This document shows, piece after piece, positions 26,689-40,312 of a stretch of 64,000 nt of DNA (the first letter of the stretch is position 1; every line of letters begins with the position of its first letter). Made by a program: the position numbers and the translations under genes. Source of the stretch: Felis catus (Eukaryota); NCBI RefSeq assembly GCF_018350175.1, contig NC_058383.1:31126001-31190000 (forward strand), given 5' to 3'. Below the pieces are notes generated by a model that did no database searches, had not been told where the DNA came from, and was given only the letters and a program-made list of their open reading frames with translations.

Positions 26689-26942
26689 AGGGTTCTCCAA
26701 CTACGGCCAGCAGGCCAAACCCATCATGCAGCTTGTTTTGTTACTACTCTAATAGCTGTAGTAAGAGGGCATGTACCTACCGCAAGTTTTACTAGAACAC
26801 GGACATGCTCCTTCATTTAATCTTTGTGACTGCTTTCTTGCTAGGACAGCAGACTCTACTGGCCACAGCAGAGACCATCTAGCCTTCTAAGCTGAAAGTA
26901 TTTACTTTCTGGCCCTTTACGGGAAAGGTCTGCTAACCCCTG
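26689..26942 (+). mobile_element. hAT-Charlie DNA transposon (MER58-like)
   Basis: ctacggccagcaggccaaac ... gctgaaagtatttactttctggccctttacgggaaaggtctgctaacccctg. Confidence 0.8.
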
Positions 26943-27199
26943 GTCTATTTAGCAGAGCCAGGATGCCCTCGACAAGACCAACCAGCCAACCAAGCAAACG
27001 AGGATTTCAGGGGTCCAAGTGCTTAAAAAAAAAAAAAAAAAACTAAGTCAGGTCCTTGGATAGAATGAGTAGGAAGGTACACAGGTGAGGTTCACCCACC
27101 CCCTGCCTGAGGTGGTACCATCACACGGAGCCTGGGTATCCACCGAGATCTGGGGAAAAGAGTATTCCAGGAGAGCAACAAGCAAGTGCAAAGCCAGAT

Positions 27200-27670
27200 A
27201 ACTGCATCGAGCCCGGCATTTCAGTCATGGCTCAGCAGAAAACAGAACACAAGGGGGAAACCACGGGGTTTAATCAAGAAACTCTTTACATGGGCAAAGT
27301 GAAGAGAAACCAACAAGGGACGGCGACTGACTCAGGAGCTGGTGATGGGAGGAAGCCACCCAGCCCACACTTCTCCAGGCCTGAAGGTCAGAGGGAGGCA
27401 GCAGTTACCAGAACCCAGCAGGACACAGGCCGACACCTAAGATCCTGTGATCTCCAAGACAGGAACATGGCCACCACCAACATGAGGCCTGGCAGGGAGG
27501 GGGCCAGAGGACTAAATGCTCGCCCCTTCCCTGCCTTCCTCGGGCCACCGCCTCCCATCCACCAAGCAGACCAAACCCTCCCTGCAAGGTGTGGGGAAAA
27601 GGAGCCCAGTGATGGAGTCCATCAAGGTGCATTTCCCGGGGTACAAAACGAGGTAGAGAAGGGAGGATGT
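27200..27670. mobile_element. Old ERVL-MaLR-type LTR relic
   Basis: gaaaccaacaagggacggcgact...aggcctgaaggtcagagggaggcagcagttaccagaaccc resembles old MLT1 LTRs; subfamily uncertain. Confidence 0.45.
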
Positions 27671-28199
27671 TACATTCAGAGGAGAAGACGTCATCTCTAT
27701 GGCATCACCTTACCCACATGAAGGTGAAAATGTGGCTCCACAGGCCATTGGTGGAGACAATGTCTCCAACATCACAGGATGTCGAGAGGTACCAGAGAGA
27801 CATATTCTTCGGGAGGTCGAAGGGTTAGGCTAACGAAAGATCAACTTTTTCCTACTGCTCTGTCAAAAAGGCCATCGGGTGTGTACCCTGCTCGGCTGGA
27901 ACGTGTCCACCTTCCTGAGAGGGACCGGGAAAGCAGAGGACAGTTTGCCTTTCTCCAAATCACATGCACGTTAGCTGTTCTCTGTGCGAGCTCAGAGACA
28001 AAAGCATTCACCTCTCTGCCACGTGGGACCCACAAGGGAAAGGCCACCATCTTCCTTTCCCCACAGTGATGTTCTGGAAAGAATAAACGGGGAGTGGCAC
28101 AGCACTCGGATCACCAAGTCATCCTCTACGTGCTCAACAAAGAGTAGCTGTTAGTAAACCTGCAGTGTTTTGCTTCAAATCCCCACGTAATTTTCCCAC

Positions 28200-28445
28200 C
28201 TTTTTCCTTAGGATACAATCCACGACTCACTCTTTGAAAATGTGTACGTCTGTAATGTGTCAATATGCCCAAGTATATATACCTCCAACTCGTATTCCCA
28301 AACATTTTCATCCACCCCCCAAAGAAACTCTGTATCCATTAGCGGTCATTCCCAACGGCCCCCCAACCCCCTCCCCAACAACCAGCCGTCTACTTTCTGT
28401 CTCCACCAATTTGCCTATTCTTGATATTATCTTTAAATGGAATTG
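28200..28445 (-). mobile_element. Ancient L1MB-like 3' end
   Basis: aacattttcatccaccccc aaagaaactctgtatccattagc ... tctactttctgtctc ... tttgcctattcttgatat. Confidence 0.75.
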
Positions 28446-31400
28446 TAATAGCTCTAAGTTATCATTAAATGCTTCGAGACATCTTGCTGGCTAGGACCCT
28501 TCAAAGTCAGTGGGCCAAGCAGGCCACATGAACCCTCTGCTTGTGTATCTCAGGAGGAAGACACAGAGGCTGAAATAGGCTGTGAATCCAAACCAGGTGA
28601 AAGCCAAGCATACTCCACCCAGACAAGTTTCTTCATGTTAAGACTGGACACTTGTCCCTACCATGGCCACCTGCAGGGTGAACACAGTGAGGAAGGGACA
28701 TGAGGCGGTCCTTGGGGGCTGGTGGGACGGTCAACTCGACCAACGCCTTGGCCTAAAGACCAGGCCTGCTCATCGTGACCACCTCGGTGCTCCTCCCAGC
28801 TCTGGTCAAGCTCATCATCCCCACGCGGCCTTAGAACCGTTTGTCAGAGATGTTTGGCTAGCCTGCCCTTTCTGGAAAGGACCTGTCTCAGGGTTCAAAG
28901 AGACAGGAAAGATAAAGAACAGATTTTCCCTAAAGAACCAACTCTGATCAGAAGTGGATACCTGGGGGTGGGATTACGAGGAATCTGGGGTTCATCCGCG
29001 ACTCCAAAGATTGAGGACTCAGGTCTGTCACGAGCGAGGGATGTGGGAGTAGTTGCAGACTCCGTGTACTTTCATCCCCCGGAGATGCGCATCAGGGGCA
29101 AGGAGGCCAGTGCCCGCGAGGAGTGAGCTCACCAGTCCGTGCAGACTTCCATCCTCCTCCCGCCGGTGAGGTCATCTCCTCTAACACTCCGCCGTGTCTC
29201 CAAAGAGATACAGTCTCCGGTTTGGCGAAAATTCGCCATCTTTGGGGATGTACGTTTCCTGAGAAACCTCGGAAGCCACAGCCCGGCACGTGAAGTGGCT
29301 GGGGGGTCTCCAGGCCCTCTTGCATCTGCCCCACGCCGGGCCCTCAGATCGCCGGCCATTCGCTCTCGCCTCCTTTCCGAGAGGCGGCCAAACCCACCGT
29401 GAGCTGAGCCACCGTCTCTGGACAGGCGGGGAACACAGCCAGCTGCCCCATAATGCTCTGCAGGCTCCGCCAGGAACTGGGGTGTAGGCAGGACCGGGCC
29501 TTAACCTCGCAGGGGGTCGCCACACACTTGTAGACACGACAACCACCCTTGGGAGCCGAAGAGGCCTTCCGTTGGACCAGTGTCCCTGGCAGAGGCCACC
29601 CGCGGCTTCATTCGTCGTAGTCGCTGAGACAGGGCACAAGAAGGGCTCTCCACAGACACCCACGCATGAGTCTCCCTGCCGGGAGGACGGACAGGACCCA
29701 GCAGGTGCTGCCAACACGCCCTCCACCCACTCCCCGGGAAGAAGGGAACGACTCAACTGCACAAGCACAGAGGACTTGTTTTCAGGGGAGAGTCAGTGTC
29801 AACAACTCACTGGGGAAGTAGGTCAAAGTTCACGATCTTGTGGCCGAGAACCACGCACTGAGCACAAGGCTAAGGGCTCCATTTCTTTTCATCCCCATAC
29901 TCGGCCTTACGAAGGAAGGAGCAGGCTCCGAGGGGCCCAAGGTCACACGGCAGGAAGTGAAGGAAGGGGACTCCACACAGGTCAGTCGGACTCTCGAGCA
30001 CACGTCACATCGTGCCCGTGGGCACGGGTCCCTTCCTCGTAGCGGTGTCACCACGAGGGCAGGGGAGGCCACCGGGCTCACGATCGCTCAGTGCCTTCAT
30101 GATGGTGTGGCCACTCCAGAAGGGCAACCAAAGTCCCGGGTCCACGTCGCTCTCAGCGCTCAACCAGCTCAGTCCACCCTTTCATTTTCCACCAAAGCAC
30201 AGAGCCAATGTCTACGCCAAGGCCACCGGAGAGGTCTGGTGTCCTCCACCCTGCCACCAACCCCTCCCCTGTACCTGTTAAGGACAGTCCTTGGCTCACC
30301 TCGTTCTTCTGCTCCCAAGAAGATAAACACTCAGGAGCTCTTGGTGTCAGCGGTTCCCAGAGGCTTGCTAAATCCTACGTGTTCTGAATTCACCGACTTA
30401 ACACGATACTTTTCTCTCCACAGAATGTACAGAATATTCCAAGCACTCGCAGACACATAATTATACTGTCCCAACCTTTCTCACCAAAGTCCCTTCCTCC
30501 CGGACGGAGTTTTCTCCCCTGATCGGCACTGTTACAGCAGGCACCAGAGCGGCCTGCGGGGGAGGGAGTGGTCAGACAGCAGCAAGAGGACAGGGGCATC
30601 CAGAGGGCTGTCATAGGTGAAAGGACAGGGGGATGGGGAGCAGGATGAAAGAAGACAAGCCTCAGTCGAACTTCATTCATTCACTCCTCAAATATTCAAG
30701 GTGCCCAGCATCTGCTGCGTGAGGTGTGGGGTTCAGGTCGGAAGAGTCAGAGCCGAGACAAAGAGCCAGGACCCTCCTTCTCATGGGAGTCTGAGTCCCG
30801 CAGCAGACAGACCATCATCAGAGAGGCCCCACATACGTAATTAGAAGCTCACAGTCGGGGCTATGAACAAAAGCCTGCCAGAATCTACACAAGCACAGCC
30901 TGTTCCATCCTGAGGGTCTTGGCGGGGAGGGCACGGCTGCCCCAGCAAAGCCCCTCAGGTCTGGAGGTTTCCAACTCCAAAAGCCCACGTTTTTTCTCCT
31001 TCTCTGGGCGATTACAGGAAGGAGGCCGCCAAACTCCCCCCTGAAATACATCTTCTTCCAGCGTTTTCCGAATTCTTTAGAGGAAGAGCAAAAGAGAGAG
31101 CCAAACTTCCAATTACTTAAGTGTCAAAACCTGCAAAAATAAAGTAGGACTCCGCATCTAATTGTTCTTAATGCTTTAATAGAACGTTCCCCAATAAAAC
31201 ACCGCCTAGCAGTTTAACCTCCGAAGCGAGAGGAAACCGTCTCCATAACTCAGACTCGAAGAAGGCAAAAGAAAAGAACTGGAACGCATCAGACAAATTG
31301 CCGCCTGTTTTTCTTCAATTTACAGCCCCGCGATCGGTCTTCCTGTCAACATGTCTTGCTATATAAAACTTTCCGGGAAAACTGCATTCTCAAGTTCTCC

Positions 31401-32389
31401 GTGAAGATTCAGGGAAAAGCAATACGGGGGACGGTCGCCAGAAAGAAGCTTTAAGCCTGCGTCACACGTAGCAGGAGAGTGGCCGAGGGGTTGAGAGGGG
31501 CAGCCAGACAGAAGCTTCAGAACCAGGCGCTACCTTGGGACTACGAAAATGCAGGAGGCGACCCCCTTTCAACCATCGTTATCCTGGACTGCAACCAGCC
31601 AGGGCTGGGACAAAAACAAATCACAACGTTGCAAGAGACCCACTGTGACTCTCACACGGTGCTAAAACCACCCTGATGACCGTGAAGAGGGATGTCAAGG
31701 GCACCTGACAACAGAGTCGGGAGGCAGACACAGGTTCGAACCCCAGCCCTGCCTCTGCGTAGGTGTGTGAGTTTGGCCTCCCTCCTGTAAACGGAGAAGC
31801 ACAGGACCCGACTCACTGGCTGCTGTGAGGAATAGCTGAGCTGATAGACCAAACAATCCCTGGGGCACAGAAAACACTTCGGAAAAGGGGGGGGGGGGGA
31901 AGTAGTTAAAAAACACGTTTCAGCTCCGGTTAATGGACAGCATCTGTTCAGGGAGCTGTGGCCACGTTCGTTCATCTCCAGGCCGGACACAGTCAGCAGT
32001 TACAGCGGCCCTTGTGCGGCACAGAAAGAGCCCGGGGAAGGCCCTGCTGGCCGCTGCTCTGGAGGTAATGGCTCGCCCCACCTTCTGCAGGAGCAACTTG
32101 AGGTCCTCAGAAGGGAGGCACCTGGGGCTTGCAGCACACAACCTGCAGGCTCCCCCAACAGTCCTCCTGTGAAGCCCGGGGCGCAACCCGTCAGGCCGCA
32201 CGGTCTGCTCTCCGGATACTGGGAGGCCAAACCTTGAAATGACCACCCGTCGGGGTCCTGACTTCCCAATCTGTAACCCGGTTTCCCAGCCCGAATGTGG
32301 GAGGGGAGGATTCGAAATCTCATTTGGGACCTCCTCTTAATGGGAGAGAGTTACAGAAACCAACGATGCTACTCTGCGTGCCCTACAGA

Positions 32390-32560
32390 GTATTATTCTG
32401 TAAATAATCACTATGATATGTTATAAGGTAATTATGTTTATAATATATAAAATTATATTGATATAAAAACAGTATTATGTAAATAGTAACTACAATATAT
32501 TGCCAGATAAATATATTTATAATATATAAAATAATACACTATTATGTAAATAATAATTAG
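32390..32560. repeat. AT-rich low-complexity tract with an imperfect internal duplication
   Basis: tattatgtaaatagtaa / tattatgtaaataataa repeated. Confidence 0.8.
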
Positions 32561-32916
32561 CATGGCTTTTTCTGAGGGCCTGACCTACCTGTGCCAACAT
32601 TATGAGTACCAAAAAAAAAAAAAAAAGACAAAGGGAAGGCCAACTCCCTTTATGAGTCCTCCCTACAAGAGGTGAGTGCTCCTGGCTCCCAGGCCACACA
32701 GTGCAAAGGCGCTGTGCTCAATAATCGTCCACTCTTGTAACAAGCGCTGGCTGAACGGCTCAAGTGCCAGGCACTGGGGGAACAGAACAGCCAAGCGGGC
32801 CTGGGCCGAGCCCCAGGTGGCAGACATCCGTGAGTGGAAGGAGGTCTACATCAAACAAGAACACTAAGAAATGTCCAAGGACAGGCAGTGTGAAGAAGTT
32901 TAAAACCAGGAGGGAG

Positions 32917-34028
32917 TTTGACCTGAGCCATGGCAAATTCTTACTAGACACGTCACCAAAGGCCCGAAAACAAAAGCAAAAATGAACGATTGCGACTTCG
33001 TCAAAATAAAACGCTTCTGCACAGGGAACAATCAACAAAACCAAAAGGCAGACTCGAGCATGGGAGAAGACATTTTCAAAAGACCTATCTGATAAAGGGT
33101 TAGTATCCAAAATCTACAAATAATTTACCAAGCTCAACACCCAAAAAACAAACAACCCAGTTAAGAAATGGGCAGAAGACATCAACAGACACTTTTGCAA
33201 AGACGACATCCAGATGGCTAATAGACACATGATAAGATGCTCAACGTCACTCACCATCAGGAAATACAAATCAAAACCATGATTAGATACCACCTCACAC
33301 CTGTCAGAATGGCTAAAATTAACACAAGAAACAACAGGTGTTGGTGAGGCTATGAAGAAAGGGGAACCTCTTGCACGGCTGGGAGGAATGCAAACTGGCA
33401 AAGAGTGTGGAGGTTCTTCAAAAAAAAACTGAAAATAGAACTACCCTATAATCCAGCAACTACGCCATCAGGTATTTGCCTAACGGATACAAAAATACAG
33501 AGTTGCACCCCGGTGTTTACAGCAGCGTGAACAATAGCCAAACTACGCACCGGGCCACCATGTCCATCAACTGACGAAGGGATAAAGAAGATGCGGGATG
33601 TATACATTCACAGACTATACAGGGGAATATCACTCAGCCATCGAAAAGAATGAAATCTTGCCCTCTGCAATGACGGAGCTAGAGTATACGATGTGAAGCA
33701 AAGTAAGTCTGTCAGACAAAGATAAATACCGCATGATTTCACTCTTACCTTGAACTTAAGAAACAAAACACGTGGACATACGGGAGGGCGTAGGAAACAA
33801 ACCAGGAGAGACTTCAAGATGGAGAACAAAGGGAGTTGAAGGATGGGGGTGCGTGGGGATGGGCTAGAAGGGGGAGGAGCTCTAAGGAGGCCTTTGTGGT
33901 GAGGAGCACTGGGGTGTTGCGTGTAAATAATGAATCAATCAGTTCTACTCCTGAAACCAATATTACCCTTACATTAACTGTAGTTTAAATAAAATTTTGA
34001 AAAAAAAAAAAAAAACAATAAGAAAGCA
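32917..34028 (+). mobile_element. 5'-truncated carnivore L1 (ORF2 3' part, 3' UTR and A tail), inserted into an L2 relic
   Basis: tctgataaagggttagtatccaaaatctac, caaatcaaaaccatgattagataccacctcacacctgtcagaatggc; poly-A at about 34000-34016; TSD taaaaccaggagggag (32901-32916) / taagaccaggagagag (34029-34044). Confidence 0.95.
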
Positions 34029-36009
34029 TAAGACCAGGAGAGAGGGAGAGAAGAGGTTAGGAAAGGGAGATACGCCTGCTTAGACGAGGCTGCCCTCTCT
34101 TCAGAAACCAGGAAGAGCAACGGCCGTGCCAAGACCTAGGGGGGGCAACGTTCCAGGCAGAAGAAACAGCAAAGACAGCAAAGACAGCAAAGACAGTAGG
34201 CAGGCTCAGGCCAGATCGTGCAGGGTTTGCAGGCCACAGTAAGGAGGCAAGGTTTTTTTTCCTGAGTGGACAGAGTTTGAATCAGGAGAATGGCGTGAGC
34301 AGATTTACACTTGTGAAAGTAAAATCAGAATAGATTCAACGAAGTCACTGTAAGAATTTGAGACAACCAGTATCTTTGAATTTAGAAACTAGAGGATACC
34401 AAGAGATCGCTGGTATTTGTATTAAATGCGACTAATAGCGCTGCATATGGTTATGTTTCTCCCTCCGAGTCCTTATCTGTTAGAGATTTATATATAACCC
34501 GTTTTACAGGTGACGTGGTATCTAGAATTTAAAGTACTCCAGCACAACCCCAAGCAGTCAATGAGGAGGAACAGCAAGACAAGAGTGACAGCATGTGAGT
34601 AACTGCTGGGCACCTGGGTGGTAGGTTTGACTCTTCTAAGTATTTGAAAAATGCCTCCATAAAAAAGTTAAGAAACATGAGCAAGCAGATATCCCAAGTT
34701 TCACCGTACAGCCTTGTGGCAGAGAAAGGCAGAGCCCTCTTGGCTTGGTTCAGGTCCTCTGAAAGCCAAGGCCACGTCCTGATGAGCAGCCCACCCGGGC
34801 AGAAAATCCCCGCCACATCTCCCCCCACCACCCCAACCCTGGCCACAACCGCAGTGCATCCCTCTGCAAAAAAAAAACAAAAACAAAAAAAAACAAAAAC
34901 AAAAAAAACCACATCTCTTGACCAGTTGAACAATTTCCAACTCAGATAAAAGAGTCAAAACAGAGGAGCCTCAACATGCACAAAGGAGCCCAAATCACAA
35001 GCTGTGACCGCCCTGGTGACCCAGGGGCAACCTCCTCCTTGTGGGCTTAGGGCCTGCTGACGTGACGACCACCGTCATCACAAAGGGGTGCAGGACCGCA
35101 CACCCGACTTCGGGATGTGATCACGGGGCAGTGATGAACTCGGCAGCCGGGGCCTCACGCCGTCACGGGCCCAGGGCTGTAACGTTTCCATGCTGCCTCA
35201 CTCTCCCAAAGACCAGGCACTAGGAAGGGTGCTCAGGCAGGAAATGCACATCGCAGAGAAAACACTGGGGCAGCAATGACCCAGGTGGGAGATGGTCTTC
35301 TGCCTGGAGGAGCTCCTCAAGTCCTTCATCTACGGCTTGTTCAGCCTCCCCTCACCCCCAGGAAATGGTGTCCGCTGGGCAGACAGACCCTAATCCAGTG
35401 CGGGGCAAGCAGCACCACACCCCTCGGTGCTGACCCACCATGGTCTCACCCACCGTGTCTTCACTCTGGAAACGCCAGCCCTACCTAGACGTGGCCATGG
35501 CCACCTCTTGCCCGAATGGCTCCAGTCTACACTCAGACCTCTAAGACCGGCCTTGTCCCATCCAGTCCTCCACAGGGCCTAGGACAGGGAACGACGCACA
35601 AAACAGACCTGATCAATTACTCTCCTTCTTAAGGGCCTTGGCCAGTTCCCCACCATTCACAGAACCAGGGCCAAACTCCTCACTGGGACCTTGGGAATCT
35701 GTCTCCGGTTCGCTCTTCCAGAACCTTCCGTAGTCATTCCCCAAACACACACTGGACTCTAACAGTCCGCGCTGTGGCCATCCCAAGCTACCTGCAGCTT
35801 TCTTCAACCTAACAGCCGTGTCTGTGCCTCTCTCCCCTTACAGCGACTCTTCTCCCTGCCCAGCATGCCATTCTGTGAGCTTCTGGAACACAGAGACCAC
35901 GTCTGTCACACTTGGATCCCTGGAATCTAGACACCACAAAACAAGCTAAGATGGTGATCAAGATGATGGGAGAATACAGATTCCTTTGCCAAAGACACCC
36001 TGCCACGTT

Positions 36010-36200
36010 TCTTTATCCCATCATCTCCTTCAATCCTTGCCATCATGTGTGAAAATGCTCTAGATTATCACCCTTTTATAGACTTTTAAAAATTGAGGCT
36101 CACAGAGGTAAAGTGACTTTACCCAAGGTCACACAGCTAGTGCAATAAGCCGGGGCTTAGTACAAAGATTTGAGCCAAGGTCTGACTCAAAAGCCATTCT
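36010..36200 (-). mobile_element. MIR relic
   Basis: aaattgaggctcacagaggtaaagtgactttacccaaggtcacacagctagt. Confidence 0.8.
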
Positions 36201-39200
36201 GCTCAGCACCTTGGGGGCAAGTGAATATACCACTGACCCCAAAAAGCAACCTCACCATTGTATGTAACAAAAGTGACCTTTTCCAACGCAGGAGGCCTAC
36301 ACGCAAGGCACTGAGCACAGACCACAATCTGCCCTCCAAAATATCAACTCTTCCCTTCCACAGTCTGTCTGGGGTGACGAGGTACCCTACTAAAAACAAG
36401 TATTTTTCACCATCCCTAACAGAAACAGTTCAGGCCACTTAAATATAAGAAACTTTTCTGAGCGGTGGGTGACCTCCTTAAAACAAGTCAGAACGGTTTT
36501 GTTTTTTTCCCCCTTCCCCTGCTTCATCCTTCCTGCTGCACAGAATGCAGATATAACGGCTAGGGATCCAGCAGCCTTCTTAGACCATGACAGGACCTTA
36601 GAAAGGTAAGCCAAACTCAGCAGAGCAATATAAAGGAAACTGATACCCACTTGCTCTTTCAAGAAATTTCTGGGCTCTATCACGTGCCAGGCTTTGTGCA
36701 GGCCCCTAAGAAAGATCAGTCAACAAAGGAGAACAAGGTCCCTGCCCTCACGAGGCTTGCAACTTATGGAAAAAAAAGGAGCCAGACTGCACATTGTAAC
36801 AGACCTAGGGGGAATAAAAACCAAGTAAGGGGGACTGAGAAGACAGGGAAGGAGAGGGATCCCACTGGGAAATTTGACAGACAAATGTTTTTAGTCCATG
36901 AAGAGAAAAACACGATCCAAAAAGACGCCCTTAACTTAGCGCTCGGTGAAGCCCCCTGGGTTCACCGTCGAGTGGAGAAGAGGTGTAGAGGCCACGTGTG
37001 GTTTCAGCCCCACGAGGCAGCAACAACAAGGCGCAACCGGACTGAAAGGCCAACCTCTTTCCACTCTAGGTAATCATTTACAACGTGCCTTTTCAGCATG
37101 GTTCTCGATGGAGTTTTATTAAAGCTCAGGAGGTGGTGTTCCAGGACCCCCGCCCTCCAACTGCGCGGCCCTGCTCTCCGTGAGGCTGCATTTGGAGCAC
37201 TGGAGACAGACCATGTTGGAAGAAACAGTTCTCCCGCTTGAAAGGTTTCTGCGAGGGTCGTTGGGCCACAGGAGGCATGTGGTGGGAGGGGAGCGTCTCA
37301 CGCGTCTGTACGTTGTGCTGGGACCCAGCACGAACTCAGTTGACTGAGCAAATAAGCTCCGCCACCTTCCACAAGCCCTCGACTTGACGGTTGTCGCTCT
37401 TTAAACCGCATTCCTGCCGCTGCCAAGAATATCTCCCCTCTGCTGAGCTTCCTGTTGTTCCCCTCCCCGGCTCCAAAATAACAAGGCGCTGCTTGGCAGT
37501 GATGTCACTGTCACTGTCACCGCCTGCAGGGCATCCACATGCCAGCTATATTTAAGACCCAGGCTTCACGCGCGGGGACATGGAAATTGCCACCTCGTGA
37601 ACCATACCGGAAAGGCAAGGCTTGAAAATTTCTCTACGGGTAACCAGGTTACAAACTCTGCCTCTCCCCAGGCAAACAGGCCAGGGTGTTCAACTGAGCA
37701 CCGGGCTCCAGCTTCTGGGGCCAGCCAGGTCCGACTGGGGCCTTTCAACCACTTCCCTCGAGTAGCACAGACGCTGACACTCGCTCGGGGGAGCCGCTCT
37801 CTCTTCCGATTGTTCTCCCTTCCCCGGCTCTGCTTCGGTTTCCCCTCAAAACCCTTCTGTTATTTTTATTGACTCCTCCAGACTTCTCTACTGACTTCTC
37901 ATCAGAAAATGCAGCAAATGGAACGTTAATGAATGGTAAACGCGTTCCCCTCCTCCGTGGATAATCATCATGACCTTTTAATCAGAGTTCTATCACAGTT
38001 ACTGGTTTGGGTGATTTTTTTTTTATCTCCCGCTCCTGTGCTCTGATGGGGAAAGTGATGGGCTGCAACAATGTTTCAGACACAACCTTCTCCCCGTTCC
38101 CTTGGCAGCTGCGGATTTTTTCTGCATCTTGATGAACCGCCCAAATCCATGTTTGGTGCACATTTTGCGGGGAACATCTGGCACCGACCGCTAATGGCGC
38201 TAACGCCTAGCCGTTCGACGTGGGCACGTGCTGCAAAATGCAGCTGTTCGTGCAAATATACCTTGCTGCTTCCTCCCCCTAAAAATTTTAGTTCATCAAC
38301 AAAACCGGAGTCTTTGATTGGGTTCTAGAAGCTTTAGAGAAAATAAACAAGCACATGGCTTTCTCCCTTGTACGTGATTCTGCTCTAACAGATGCCACGA
38401 TGCTCCAGTTCCTCTCTTCTGGTCCCCAATTTTCATACAGAAAAAGTGTCTAGGAAACTCACATGGGTCATGGCATTGTGAAAGGAGGGTGAAAGAACCT
38501 TTAGGACCGTCCACCTCGCACGGTGTTTGAGAAGGTTGTCTCATCATTTTTGGTTCAGGTGTTAACACGTTTGGCTTCTTCATTTTTCTGTCTGGGGAAA
38601 GGATGATCCCCATGTCTCTACTTCCTAAAGAAAAACCAGCTGGAAAATCATCCGTGCCAAATACACCTTCAACTTCTGCACTCTGAGAAGCAGGAGCTGA
38701 GAGGAGAAGGTTGTCAAACCGGCTGAAGCTCTCTGGGTGGATCCTCCTGCCTCACCCTGGAGCCAGAGCAACCCAGGACTTGGGCCATTAACACATTCCT
38801 ATCCTTTGCCCGGTGATCCTTTTCCTGCCCATACACACAGAGGAAAGAAGGTGACAGAGGCGAAAACAAGTGAGACACGAGGCTATAATCTCAGAAAAGC
38901 AGAAGCAGCCGAACACTGGCCCACGTGGAAACTATTTGGTCAGATATGGCGGCCTCCTTTACAGCCTTCACAAAGGACAAACAGGCAGGCCCTCCACCTA
39001 TCACCAAGGGGCTATCAGGTGACACCTCTTTCCCGGGAAGGACTTTGGCCCTATGGAGCAAGGGCCTTTACAGATACCTTCTAACATCGAAACTCAGCTT
39101 CTAGAAGTCTAGATTAAGGACTTTAAAGAGCTTCACCAAAAAATACGTTAGTAGAAATCCTACTCCTACAGTGGAGGGGGGTGGTGTGGGTGTTGGAAAA

Positions 39201-40077
39201 GAGTGGAGAGAAATGGTTAAGGAAATAGTGTGAGAAACAAGGCCAAAGCCAAACAGACTTCCACACGGCCTCTGAAAGGGATGCCCACAGAAGTGAACAG
39301 CGTGAGGACACCTGCATGATGGGATGCTAATTGCTTTTCAAAGCAGACCAACTTGCAGATTCAGAATGATCTGAATTATGTAAAATGAATACATACATAA
39401 GATGAATTGGGATAAAGGGCCTCGTCAGTAATAAATAAAAGACATGAACGGTAATTGCGTCCAGAGGATTTTCTTCTTTAAACCTCTCTTAGTCTCAGAC
39501 TTAAGGACTACAATTTGTACATTTTTATATTCTTGGGGGAGGGGGAGATCTCTAAACATAATCTGAAGTCTACAGAGAAGCACAAGAAAATGTTATTAAA
39601 AAATGCACGCACACACTGATGGTGGTAGAACCAGGTACAAATCGTACTGAAATGGACTAAGTGGGGAGAACATCGTTAGGTTGGTGTCGGGAGATTTGGG
39701 ATGCTCTCTTCCATTTCCGCATATGGTACTTTTACAATTTAAAGGTGATTTAAAAAGAAAAAAAAAGCATGGAAGCCAGAGCTTTCTCAAGAACTCTCCA
39801 GCTGCCTAGTCACGGCAGAATCCTGCCCTGACATCCCACCTGCATGCATCTGAACATGAAAGCATCCAATTCCACATCAAAGGAGCAAATCAAGCCGCAG
39901 GATGCTGGGCTCATGCTAAAAGCTCAAATGCAGATCCTTCAAAACCCACCAAAAGCAAACCTACATGGTATTCTCATCATTAGCTTAAAAATAAAAGCAA
40001 AAGCAAAAATGGCAAATGGGAAAGGTAAATCATTCTTGTAGCGGATCAAAGTATTCTCATTTTCAAACTGCAAACAA

Positions 40078-40312
40078 GAGGTGCCTGGGTGGCTCAGTCG
40101 GTTGAGCATCCGACTTCGGCTCAGGTCATGGTATCACGGTTCGTGAGTTCGAGCCCCGCATGCGGCTCTGGGCTGACAGCTGAGAGCCTGGAGCCTGCTT
40201 CGGATTCTGTCTCTCCTTCTGTCTCCCCCTGCCCCTCCCCAACCCCTGCTCTGTCTCTCTCTCTCTCTCACTCTCTGTCTCAAAATTAAATAAACATTTA
40301 AAAAAAAAAAAA
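40078..40312 (+). mobile_element. CanSINE (SINEC_Fc)
   Basis: Full copy; TSD aaactgcaaacaa / aacctgcaaacaa. Confidence 0.95.

Noticed and set aside
29181..30460. 195-aa and 206-aa ORFs
   Set aside because: No domain-like composition or supported splice structure; expected in GC-rich DNA.
34166..34196. Short tandem repeat (acagcaaag) about x3.5
   Set aside because: Simple slippage duplication inside an L2 relic.
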